A DNA stretch of 64,000 nucleotides. Source: TPA_inf: Saccharomyces (Eukaryota). The position numbers and the translations under genes were made by a program. A model generated the notes under the pieces. It worked only from the letters and a program-made list of their open reading frames with translations. It did not search any database and was not told the origin of the DNA. Shown here piece by piece: positions 20,499 to 30,936 of the stretch; positions within the stretch are counted from its first letter, which is position 1; every line of letters begins with the position of its first letter. The DNA lies in assembly GCA_000146045.2 (NCBI GenBank), contig BK006942.2, positions 192,001 to 256,000 on the forward strand. The letters are read 5' to 3'.

Positions 20499-22703
20499 AT
20501 GAGTGCTAGTGAAGCAGGTGTCACTGAGCAAGTCAAAAAGCTGTCTGTCAAGGATAGTAGTAATGATGCCGTAAAACCAAATAAGAAAGAAAACAAAAAA
20601 TCCAAGCAACAGTCCTTGTACTTGGATCCTGAACCAACTTTCATCGAGGAAAGAATTGAAATGTTTGACAGATTACAAAAGGAATACAATGATAAAGTTG
20701 CTTCTATGCCACGTGTTCCATTGAAGATTGTCTTGAAGGATGGAGCCGTTAAGGAAGCCACTTCTTGGGAAACCACTCCGATGGATATTGCCAAAGGAAT
20801 TTCTAAATCTTTAGCAGACAGGTTATGTATTTCTAAGGTTAATGGTCAATTATGGGACTTAGATAGACCATTTGAAGGCGAAGCCAACGAAGAAATCAAA
20901 TTAGAACTGCTAGATTTCGAATCTGACGAAGGTAAGAAGGTCTTTTGGCATTCGTCTGCCCACGTCTTGGGTGAATCTTGTGAGTGCCACCTAGGTGCCC
21001 ATATTTGTTTAGGTCCTCCAACTGATGATGGGTTCTTTTATGAAATGGCTGTTAGAGATAGTATGAAAGATATATCTGAATCTCCAGAAAGAACCGTCTC
21101 CCAAGCTGATTTCCCAGGATTGGAAGGCGTTGCCAAGAATGTTATCAAGCAAAAGCAAAAATTTGAAAGATTGGTCATGTCCAAAGAAGATCTTTTGAAA
21201 ATGTTTCATTATTCGAAGTATAAGACTTACTTGGTACAGACAAAGGTTCCAGATGGAGGTGCTACTACCGTCTACCGTTGCGGTAAATTGATTGATCTAT
21301 GTGTCGGCCCTCATATCCCACATACTGGGCGTATCAAAGCTTTCAAACTATTAAAGAACTCTTCTTGTTATTTCTTAGGTGATGCGACAAACGACTCTTT
21401 ACAAAGAGTTTACGGTATCTCTTTTCCAGACAAAAAATTAATGGATGCTCATTTGAAGTTCTTGGCGGAAGCCTCTATGAGAGATCACAGAAAGATTGGT
21501 AAAGAACAAGAATTATTCTTATTCAATGAAATGTCCCCAGGTTCTTGCTTTTGGTTACCTCATGGTACTAGAATTTACAACACTTTGGTTGACTTGTTGA
21601 GAACCGAATACCGTAAGAGAGGTTACGAAGAAGTCATCACTCCAAACATGTACAACTCCAAATTGTGGGAAACCTCAGGTCACTGGGCCAATTACAAGGA
21701 AAACATGTTTACTTTCGAAGTAGAGAAGGAAACTTTCGGTCTAAAACCAATGAACTGTCCAGGTCATTGTTTGATGTTCAAGTCTAGAGAACGTTCTTAT
21801 AGAGAATTGCCATGGAGAGTTGCAGACTTCGGTGTTATCCACAGAAATGAATTTTCTGGTGCCTTGTCTGGTTTGACTCGTGTCAGAAGATTCCAACAAG
21901 ATGATGCTCATATCTTCTGTACCCATGACCAAATTGAGTCTGAAATTGAAAATATTTTCAACTTTTTGCAATACATTTACGGCGTTTTTGGATTTGAATT
22001 TAAGATGGAATTGTCCACTAGACCAGAAAAGTACGTTGGAAAGATCGAAACCTGGGATGCCGCTGAATCAAAATTAGAATCTGCCTTAAAGAAATGGGGT
22101 GGTAACTGGGAGATCAATGCTGGTGATGGTGCTTTCTACGGTCCAAAGATTGACATTATGATTTCTGACGCTTTAAGAAGATGGCATCAATGTGCCACCA
22201 TCCAATTAGATTTCCAATTGCCAAACAGGTTCGAATTGGAATTTAAATCTAAAGATCAAGATAGCGAGAGTTACGAAAGACCGGTCATGATCCATCGTGC
22301 CATTTTAGGGTCTGTTGAAAGAATGACTGCCATTTTGACCGAGCATTTTGCTGGTAAATGGCCATTTTGGTTATCACCACGTCAAGTTTTGGTTGTGCCA
22401 GTTGGTGTCAAGTACCAAGGGTATGCTGAAGACGTCCGTAACAAATTGCACGATGCTGGCTTCTATGCCGATGTCGATTTGACCGGTAACACTCTGCAAA
22501 AGAAGGTCAGAAACGGGCAAATGCTAAAATATAACTTCATTTTTATTGTTGGTGAACAAGAAATGAATGAAAAATCTGTTAACATTAGAAACAGAGACGT
22601 TATGGAACAACAGGGTAAAAATGCTACTGTTTCTGTTGAAGAAGTTTTGAAACAGTTGCGTAACTTGAAAGATGAAAAGAGAGGTGACAACGTCTTAGCT
22701 TAA
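20499..22703 (+). CDS. THS1: Cytoplasmic threonyl-tRNA synthetase (class II), 734 aa
   Basis: TGS-domain N-terminus, ThrRS editing-domain Zn ligands ([24 protein letters not shown]), class II motifs ([26 protein letters not shown]) and a C-terminal anticodon-binding domain. 734 aa matches THS1 (YIL078W). Confidence 0.9.
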
Positions 22704-22990
22704 TGAGATTTTATGTAGTTAAATTTTGACTTATTTAATTTATGTTTTGTAAAGAATAAAATGAGTATGATGAAGGAATCTTACCTCTATTAACTATTTC
22801 TTCTTTTTTTTTCCTTCGATAAGATGTGCGCGAATTCAATATGGAAGAAAGCAATTTGGTATGCAGATGGTGTTCACCGGCAGTGTTTAAGTTACGAATA
22901 TATAAAAACAAATTCAGGAACCCGCCGAATTTGGCCCAAACATATACCTATATACAAATTAGTGACCATACGCTATTATTACTCCGTCGT

Positions 22991-23956
22991 CTAGGAGCGG
23001 TTCCCACCATATCTCCCGCTCTGCAGTAAACGCTGATATTTGTCATCAGAAGAGGAATTATCGGTAGCATTACCATCGTCAGAAAATCCTGAGATAAATA
23101 TATCGGATTCATGATCCACTGAAGCATCTGATTCCTGCGACTGATCTCTACTGGTGTTCCTTATATTTTCCCATGATGAAGACGAACTGTTGTCGCCGTT
23201 CCTGATTTTTTCCCAGGAAGACAGAACAGGACTGTCGTTTTGCTCTCCTTCAATTGGGTCAGGAGATTTTCTACCCTTATTACGATACAATCCTATAGGA
23301 TCCCTTTGGTTCATAAAGGGCGAGCCGTTAAAAACTCCGCCTTTTTTCATTTGCTGCAGTTTGACTTTCGGGTCTGGCAATCTTCTCTCCGGATTTTGGT
23401 ACGTTATGTAAAAGTACATCGACCACCTTGAGGGGGAGCCTGAATCTAATAAGCGCATCATATTGTACTGCCTTTGATTTCTCGGAATTTCTTTTGTTTG
23501 ATCATGTTGAAAGGCTCCAAAGTCGTTGTCACCATATTTGTTGGAATAGTTATCCTTCAAAACACCTGTGGGGTCACGTTCGTTCAACTGTCGTGTATAC
23601 ATGGACCTACCAGCAAAATTTGTAGCAAAAAATAAAGCCATTACACCCAAGACAAAATTCCTCGGCACCTTAACACCTTTAATAGCCTTGGTCTTGTAGT
23701 AACGATAGGCAAATGGAGTTAAAAATACAGCTGAAAACCCAAGCCAACCACCCCACATCTCAGCTTTAGCAATGGATCTATAGGCCTTCGATAACTCCAG
23801 CCTGTCTCTTGCATCCAGCAATTCGTCTTTTTCATGAAATTCAATAGCATTTTCATAAGCCTTTTTAAACCAAGGCCTCTTCATAAAGGGTAGTTCATTT
23901 TCCATTCCCTTACCATTCTGGCCATATTGCTGTTCTTCTTCTTTTCCCAACATCAC
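22991..23956 (-). CDS. Uncharacterised mitochondrial membrane-associated protein, 320-321 aa
   Basis: The ORF has two adjacent ATGs (MMLGKEE...), a hydrophobic segment near the N-terminus and an S/D-rich tail. Length and position fit YIL077C. Confidence 0.6.
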   Translation of the reverse strand: MMLGKEEEQQYGQNGKGMENELPFMKRPWFKKAYENAIEFHEKDELLDARDRLELSKAYRSIAKAEMWGGWLGFSAVFLTPFAYRYYKTKAIKGVKVPRNFVLGVMALFFATNFAGRSMYTRQLNERDPTGVLKDNYSNKYGDNDFGAFQHDQTKEIPRNQRQYNMMRLLDSGSPSRWSMYFYITYQNPERRLPDPKVKLQQMKKGGVFNGSPFMNQRDPIGLYRNKGRKSPDPIEGEQNDSPVLSSWEKIRNGDNSSSSSWENIRNTSRDQSQESDASVDHESDIFISGFSDDGNATDNSSSDDKYQRLLQSGRYGGNRS

Positions 23957-24657
23957 CTTGTTCTACGCTTGAAATTAGGCTGCTCCTTAAAACGAAAATC
24001 ATATTAAGCATTGACACATAAAAAGTTCTGTTCTGCGTCAAAGTAGCATTAGCTCATAAGGCTTTCACCCTTGCTTGACTTACACCCGCGGAAATAAAAA
24101 CACAGAAAAAGAAGGAAATAATGTATAAACAAGTAACTATGAACGAAATTTCCTGTTACGGATTGTTACGCTAGCTATTAAAATTCGTCTCGTCAAAGAT
24201 CGACTGTAGCAGCGTGCTGCTGATGTCAAAGAATTGGGAGCCACAAGCTGGTGAAATGGTATCTGTCTTAGTACTCACAACATTCTAGGCTGCAAAAGAG
24301 GTTATACCGGAACAATAGTTGCTAAAATGGAATTCAGGAGATGGCTCCAACGCAACGATCAGGACGCCCGCTGATCTCACTCTTTAGTGTCCACACTATA
24401 TAGTAACATTACATTCAATTGGAACCGTAATGTTGTATAAAATCTTTTGTCTTGCTGTATAGGTGCGTATGCAGCGTCTTCAATGGGATAAAGATATTCT
24501 ATTTTTAATTTTTAAGGTGATCTTAATTTTTTGTTGGTTCTTTTTCAGTTTTTTGTCAAGCGAAAAACTACAGTTTCTACAGAAAAACACGTCAAGCTAC
24601 AGTATAAGAACGGATTGTGAAGAACTCGGTGGAGAACATAGAAACAGACAAAAAATC

Positions 24658-25548
24658 ATGGATTACTTTAATATCAAGCAGAATTACTACACGGGGAACT
24701 TCGTGCAATGTTTGCAGGAAATAGAGAAGTTTAGCAAGGTCACAGATAACACCTTATTATTCTACAAGGCGAAAACCCTTTTAGCTCTAGGCCAATATCA
24801 ATCACAAGATCCTACCTCTAAGCTTGGCAAGGTACTAGACTTGTACGTCCAGTTCTTAGATACAAAAAACATTGAAGAATTAGAAAATTTGTTAAAGGAT
24901 AAACAGAATTCACCATATGAATTATATCTGTTAGCCACGGCTCAAGCTATCTTGGGTGACTTAGATAAAAGTTTGGAGACATGTGTAGAAGGGATTGACA
25001 ATGACGAAGCAGAAGGGACTACAGAATTATTGCTGCTTGCCATCGAAGTCGCTTTGTTAAACAACAACGTTTCGACCGCGTCCACCATCTTTGATAACTA
25101 CACTAATGCTATTGAGGATACTGTTTCCGGTGACAACGAAATGATTTTAAACCTGGCTGAATCGTACATTAAATTTGCCACAAACAAAGAAACGGCAACA
25201 TCCAACTTTTACTACTATGAAGAGCTATCTCAAACCTTTCCTACTTGGAAAACTCAATTGGGATTGCTCAATTTGCATTTACAGCAAAGAAACATAGCTG
25301 AAGCTCAGGGTATTGTCGAGCTATTACTATCTGACTACTATAGCGTCGAACAAAAAGAAAACGCCGTATTGTACAAACCTACTTTCTTAGCAAACCAAAT
25401 TACGCTTGCTCTTATGCAAGGTCTTGATACTGAAGATTTAACAAATCAATTGGTTAAATTGGATCACGAACATGCATTCATCAAGCATCACCAAGAAATT
25501 GACGCAAAATTCGATGAATTAGTGAGGAAATATGATACGTCCAACTGA
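24658..25548 (+). CDS. SEC28: Coatomer epsilon subunit (epsilon-COP), 296 aa from the internal ATG
   Basis: Starting at MDYFNIKQNYYTGNF gives 296 aa with TPR-like repeats, matching SEC28 (YIL076W). The ORF track's upstream extension of 65 codons is hydrophobic junk. Confidence 0.75.
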   Translation: MDYFNIKQNYYTGNFVQCLQEIEKFSKVTDNTLLFYKAKTLLALGQYQSQDPTSKLGKVLDLYVQFLDTKNIEELENLLKDKQNSPYELYLLATAQAILGDLDKSLETCVEGIDNDEAEGTTELLLLAIEVALLNNNVSTASTIFDNYTNAIEDTVSGDNEMILNLAESYIKFATNKETATSNFYYYEELSQTFPTWKTQLGLLNLHLQQRNIAEAQGIVELLLSDYYSVEQKENAVLYKPTFLANQITLALMQGLDTEDLTNQLVKLDHEHAFIKHHQEIDAKFDELVRKYDTSN

Positions 25549-25862
25549 TTTACGTAATATCTCACATTAAACATGTAGGTTTTTTAGAAAAAGAAAAAAA
25601 TATTTCATGTATATGCCTATATACTATTTTGATAAAGCCGAATAAGATGGTACCATAAATGAGGTTGACATGGCTTGAACAAAATCATATAAAGTATAAT
25701 TAACAAAGCGGAAACAACATTTGTCACGTTAGAATTATGCGTAAAGTAGCTAATCCTGGCAGAATAATTCAATGATTTTTTTTTAAAAGTATGTACACTA
25801 TTATTTATTTTCTGGCATTTTGAACTAATTCTTCATTTTCTGTACGACCATGCACCCTTGAT

Positions 25863-28700
25863 CTAAGCACTAGGGAAGTCGACATTATCATCGACCTTAA
25901 ATGGGGTTGGAAGTGGAGCGTTAACATCTTTCATTTGCCTAACAGTTTCAATTAGTGCTACAGGTTCCTTGGGTTCCCTATCTCTTAAAACCACCACACC
26001 GTTATTTCCTTTGAATTTACGTACAGGAACAAATCTGTCGTCCTTAATAAAGGAAATATATCTCGATTGTTGTGGTAGTATACGGGTCATATTGTCGACT
26101 TTATAAGGTTTAGAAGAGTACTTATTTTTGTAAAATTCTTCGTCGTTTTCTTTTGTTTCTTTTATGCCTTTTTTATTCGTCTCTCTTTCCTTTTCTTTTT
26201 CCTCATGCTCTTTTTTCTTTTCTTCCTCATTTGGACCCTTTTCCTTCTTTGTCTTCTTTGCCCTTGCTTTTGCTCTTGCTGTCGTGGAAAGAACAGCTGT
26301 TGCTACCTTCTCTACCTCCTTACCACTTGCTTCCTCATACATCCTCGGATAACTGAATGCATCTTCTTTAGCGTAACAATTCATTTGAAATTTGGGTATA
26401 GCTTGATCGCTACCACGAATACCAATGACAGTTGTTGGTGTAAAAGAAAGGGATAAAAAGTGAGCCAGTGGGAACCAGTACCAGAATTGTGAGAACATGA
26501 CCAAACCAACTACGGACTTGGTATCCAATGTGCCTGTATCCGCATTTTCCAGCTGAATTGTAACATTACGCCCACCGGCATTCATTATACCTTGGGCCAC
26601 ACATGCACCGAATTTGGCTAAACCTTCTTGGTGTTTGTTTGTAATCACGCTCAAAAAATTTTTGTTAATATCAGCAACTTGAGGGTTTAGTTTTTCTGTT
26701 TGTTGAATCAAAATCATGGATAAAGCTATCATGGCAGCCTGACGAACAAAATCTACTGGGTCCTTTGTTAGCGGATCTAAAACGTCAATAGCTGATTGTA
26801 AACCCTTGCCGGCACAAGCAATCCCAAGAGCAAATGCGGTACCACATCTGACATGAGCGTTATGCGATTTAGATAGAAGTTGGACAATCCTTGGTACAGT
26901 GGTATAATCACGCAAGAGAACAAACCCTAATGCGATGACTGCTGCCCTTCTGACATCATCGTTAGAATCCGAGACTGCCACATGCAGTAATCTCTTGACA
27001 GCTGAATTATTTCCCGTACCCGCATACGCTAACGCGATTGTGAATGCACCTCCATAGCGTAACAAGGACTCATCACTTGCTAACATCTTAGTAATTAAAT
27101 CATCAGCTAACTCTTGACGGCCGTAATTTATCAGTGCTAAACCAACGGCTAGACCACGAGTAATATTGCCATGCTGCGTTTCTTGGGAATATGTAAACAT
27201 ATCGTGAATCGCTTCAGGCTTACCTGTTCCGAGCATACAGAGACCCATACCTAATGCAGCTGCTTCTCCAGATGTGGCAGAATCGTTGTACAGAACTTCC
27301 TTTAAGGCTTCATAAACTTCAATATTAGCAGAACCCATAGCAGCAAGACCGATACCCAGTGAAGCACCATGTAACAATACATCTACGTCTTCATCGCCTG
27401 AAGTTCCGCTATTCTCAACTATTATGTTTTTCAGATAGTCAGTTGTATCACGACCAAAGCCAGCATAAATTAAACCCAAACCATACAATGAACCACCTTT
27501 GATAAACCTAGAAGAAGCTCGACTGCCTGGCAAGTAAGGGGCCATGACTTTTTTACCCTCCAATAAATTGCCTTTATGAATTACACCTAAAGAGGCTGTA
27601 GCTGTAAATTTAGCCCAATTTTGAGCCTTACCTAACCATGGCAAGTTCGCCTTGATAAATGAATTGTCGGTAGTACCAGCGTGCATAAAACCGTTGGCAA
27701 CGCTGACTGCGGTGTGGAACAAAGAAAATTTCCCATCCAAAGATGATTTAGACTTGTTTAAAAGACCGATGTCAATGTTTTTATTATTCAAAAGGAAGGT
27801 ATTGTAATAATCACAAGTCGGTAGCCCAGATAGAATATTCAATAAGGCAGGATCGTAACCCTGGGCAGTTAGTTCGGTTACTAAAATCTCAAGCAACTGC
27901 TGAGACGCAGACGAAACCAAATCAAATGCAATTTGAGCAGATAATCCTTCATCGTTCTCTTCCTTTAATTTTTTAAATAGCTGAAGTGCCAATCCGGCGT
28001 CATTCAAATTTACAACTACTTTATTGAGCGTTAAGTAATCGCAGTTAGGCATATTCATTAGGAAATCAAATGATTTTCTCAATATCGAGGATCTGAACTT
28101 GGAATTTGTCACAGTAGTTATAGCTAAGGTCAATAAGTAGTTAATAATTTTAACGTTTTCAGAAGTGGAATCCTGATCCAATTTGCTCTTTAAAGCACTT
28201 TCAATGATATCCAATCTGTAACCTTCTAAGGCAATTCCTAAAGCTAATTTTAATTCTGAAGCTTTCAAACATTTTTCTATCATTCGCTCAAAAATAGAGG
28301 TTAATTTTGGGTCAATAATATCCTTGGTGTAAAATTGTTCGTCCTTAGTGTATTGCTTGGAAGCCTCTTGGACGTACATCTCAATACTCTTTGAGACTAT
28401 AGTTTCAACAAATTGTGACTTTTCGTCTATATCAAAACGATCCTTTGCGGCAAGTGCATACTTCACAGCCGATTCGTATTCACCAAGATTGTAATAAACT
28501 TTGGATGCAATCAAAGCAGCCATTTCACGGTCTGAAAAGGTATCGTCATCATACAATGCCTCAATATCCGGCAGTTCATTCGAGATCTCAGACCATAATT
28601 GGTCCACAACATTATTTATAGATTCTAGGGCATATGTTTTAACAGAATCTTGATTCTCTCTCAACAATGCTAAAAGAGGAGCAGCAGTCGTCAAAGACAT
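25863..28700 (-). CDS. RPN2: 26S proteasome regulatory particle non-ATPase subunit (PC-repeat scaffold), 945 aa
   Basis: Tandem proteasome/cyclosome (PC) repeats with a characteristic GA/GL-rich periodicity, and a C-terminal KEKE-rich tract (KEKGPNEEEKKKEHEEKEKERETNKKGIKE). 945 aa matches RPN2 (YIL075C). Confidence 0.9.
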   Translation of the reverse strand: MSLTTAAPLLALLRENQDSVKTYALESINNVVDQLWSEISNELPDIEALYDDDTFSDREMAALIASKVYYNLGEYESAVKYALAAKDRFDIDEKSQFVETIVSKSIEMYVQEASKQYTKDEQFYTKDIIDPKLTSIFERMIEKCLKASELKLALGIALEGYRLDIIESALKSKLDQDSTSENVKIINYLLTLAITTVTNSKFRSSILRKSFDFLMNMPNCDYLTLNKVVVNLNDAGLALQLFKKLKEENDEGLSAQIAFDLVSSASQQLLEILVTELTAQGYDPALLNILSGLPTCDYYNTFLLNNKNIDIGLLNKSKSSLDGKFSLFHTAVSVANGFMHAGTTDNSFIKANLPWLGKAQNWAKFTATASLGVIHKGNLLEGKKVMAPYLPGSRASSRFIKGGSLYGLGLIYAGFGRDTTDYLKNIIVENSGTSGDEDVDVLLHGASLGIGLAAMGSANIEVYEALKEVLYNDSATSGEAAALGMGLCMLGTGKPEAIHDMFTYSQETQHGNITRGLAVGLALINYGRQELADDLITKMLASDESLLRYGGAFTIALAYAGTGNNSAVKRLLHVAVSDSNDDVRRAAVIALGFVLLRDYTTVPRIVQLLSKSHNAHVRCGTAFALGIACAGKGLQSAIDVLDPLTKDPVDFVRQAAMIALSMILIQQTEKLNPQVADINKNFLSVITNKHQEGLAKFGACVAQGIMNAGGRNVTIQLENADTGTLDTKSVVGLVMFSQFWYWFPLAHFLSLSFTPTTVIGIRGSDQAIPKFQMNCYAKEDAFSYPRMYEEASGKEVEKVATAVLSTTARAKARAKKTKKEKGPNEEEKKKEHEEKEKERETNKKGIKETKENDEEFYKNKYSSKPYKVDNMTRILPQQSRYISFIKDDRFVPVRKFKGNNGVVVLRDREPKEPVALIETVRQMKDVNAPLPTPFKVDDNVDFPSA

Positions 28701-28810
28701 CTTTTCCGGTTATATTTGAACTCAATCTATTCTGGGTGGTCTTTTACTGGATAGAGTTCCACAATTTTTTTTCCCTTGGATTCAAAGCATTATACTTTTA
28801 TGTATCCAGT

Positions 28811-28819
28811 TTTGCCACC
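28811..28819 (-). promoter_or_regulatory. PACE element GGTGGCAAA (Rpn4 binding site) about 115 bp upstream of the RPN2 ATG
   Basis: The plus strand reads TTTGCCACC at 28811-28819, which is GGTGGCAAA in the RPN2 orientation. This is the proteasome-associated control element known from proteasome gene promoters. Confidence 0.6.
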
Positions 28820-29080
28820 GAAAATAAATGAAATGCGCCCTTCTCCTATTGAAAAGCAATATGCTATTACCCGCACTAAACCCTCGAAATAATGGCAATA
28901 AGAGGCAGATCGAAAAAGCTCGACAGATTATCGTCCATGAATCGTGAGACAGCACTTTGTGGAGTTTAATGGGCAATCAAAGGCTATTTTTTTACTCGAT
29001 TCCGTTTCAACATATCTTACATACTATGAAGATAGGGGAGGATTTTAAATCTATACATATATTTTTATTTATCTGAGTAA

Positions 29081-30490
29081 TTAGTATAATAACCTGATGG
29101 AAACTTTGGCAGAAGTTTGGTTCAACTTTTCATATATATCCTTGATTTCACTTTGATTAACAGAAGAGATGTCTGCCATTAGATAAGCGATCTCGCCGTG
29201 AGAATCAGAAAACTGTTTCTCGATATTATGATCGGATAAGATATCATTAACGGTCTTCAAAACACCAGGAACGTTACGATGAATATACAAGACACGTACT
29301 GTGTTCTCTTGATCGTAGTCCAAAGACTTCAAACTGACTTCTGGGAAGTTCACAGAACCGACAGAGTTACCTTCATTGATGTATTTGGACAATGCAGTAG
29401 CCACCTCAATACCGATTGAACTTTGAGCTTCTTCTGTAGAGCCACCAATATGTGGTGTCAGGATTATATTTGGTAATGAAACCAACTCAGAAGTCCAGCT
29501 GTTAAGTTCATCGTTAAATGAACCTTCACCGTTCTTAGCTGGTTCATGTGGATAAACATCTAAAGCAGCACCTGCAATTTTGTTGGCCTTGACGGCTTGG
29601 ATCAGAGATGGAATGTCCACGACAGTACCTCTTGAGGCATTAATAACATAAGCCCCGTCCTTCATAGCAGCGAATTGTGGAGCAGATAACATTTTTTCAG
29701 TTTCTGGAGTAGCTGGTACATGTAGTGTTACAAAATCAGATTTATTCAACAATTCATCTAATGTAGAAACTTGTCTGGCAGTACCTAAGGCCATAATTGT
29801 CACGATATCATAGTATAGCACATGCAGGCCCATAGCTTCTGCAAGAACTGATAATTGCGAACCAATGTGACCATACCCAATAATACCGAGAGTTTTTCCT
29901 CTTACTTCCCAACACCTAGCAGCGACTTTATTCCATGTACCTGTATGCAGTTCAATGGATCTATCACCTAATTGTCTTGCTAAACTAATGATCTCACCAA
30001 TTACCAATTCTGCTACGGATCTTGAATTGGAGAATGGCGAATTGAAAACAGCAATACCTTTACTAGCGGCATATTTTAGGTCTACTTGATTGGTACCTAT
30101 GCAAAAACAACCAATACAAACTAGATTCCTGGCATGCTGTAGTATTTTTTCAGTCAATCTAGTTTTGGATCTTATACCGATAGCGTGTACGTCTTTGATT
30201 TTTTCAATCAATTCATCCTCAGGTAGAGAAGACTTGTGGAACTCTACTTGGTAACCCTGATCCTTGAAGATTTTGATTGCAGTTGCATTGACATTTTCCA
30301 ACAGTAGAATATTCATGTCACCAGTAGAAAAAGGTTTTAAAGCCTTTGGTTGCTTTGTAATGCTTACACGACGAGGTAGTGTGTTCATAAATGACTGAGT
30401 TGGTGAGGTTGAGACTGCACCAGGAGAGCCAGAAAAGTTCATGGCACGTTGGAATGAATCTTGTAAATTATCGGCAGCTGAATAAGACAT
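29081..30490 (-). CDS. SER33: D-3-phosphoglycerate dehydrogenase (serine biosynthesis), 469 aa
   Basis: D-isomer 2-hydroxyacid dehydrogenase fold with Rossmann GIIGYGHIG, catalytic ...ASRG...H... and a C-terminal ACT domain. 469 aa. Chromosome IX context points to SER33 rather than its paralogue SER3. Confidence 0.85.
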   Translation of the reverse strand: MSYSAADNLQDSFQRAMNFSGSPGAVSTSPTQSFMNTLPRRVSITKQPKALKPFSTGDMNILLLENVNATAIKIFKDQGYQVEFHKSSLPEDELIEKIKDVHAIGIRSKTRLTEKILQHARNLVCIGCFCIGTNQVDLKYAASKGIAVFNSPFSNSRSVAELVIGEIISLARQLGDRSIELHTGTWNKVAARCWEVRGKTLGIIGYGHIGSQLSVLAEAMGLHVLYYDIVTIMALGTARQVSTLDELLNKSDFVTLHVPATPETEKMLSAPQFAAMKDGAYVINASRGTVVDIPSLIQAVKANKIAGAALDVYPHEPAKNGEGSFNDELNSWTSELVSLPNIILTPHIGGSTEEAQSSIGIEVATALSKYINEGNSVGSVNFPEVSLKSLDYDQENTVRVLYIHRNVPGVLKTVNDILSDHNIEKQFSDSHGEIAYLMADISSVNQSEIKDIYEKLNQTSAKVSIRLLY

Positions 30491-30936
30491 GTTAGGGAGG
30501 AAATACCCGAAATCAGTGTTTGTTACTTTTTAATGTTACAATAATCTACAGCTAAAACAGACAAAGTATTTTTTAATGTAGTAGCTCGTAACCTTCTTAT
30601 GTATTAAACCTGGGAGATTCCATTAGTTTTCATAACGGTGACTCGTTTCCAGCGTGAAGAATCTAGCCCACAATTAATCTGAGCGCTGTCCGGCTGACGG
30701 CCAAATTCTTCGGTGTAAAGAAAAAAATGTGGCATTTTGTGTATATTTGGCAAGAACAAGAGTGTAATATTATTGATAGTGCACGTGACATTATGAAAAA
30801 CAATAGCACTTATTAACTATGCTAAAAATTTTGTAGCTACCGATTCTATCACGCTTCCTGGTACGGGTGCAGGCAAAGATTGCTAGGGAATTAAGGGTCA
30901 GCCAGTATAAACGACAGTAAATGGAATAAAAAAGGT

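Noticed and set aside
26153-26456. Three overlapping + strand ORFs (62-83 aa) rich in Leu/Pro/Ser/Phe antisense to RPN2
   Set aside because: They are the antisense reading of the RPN2 KEKE (Lys/Glu) tail, which gives a pyrimidine-rich strand. They are low-complexity artefacts, not genes.
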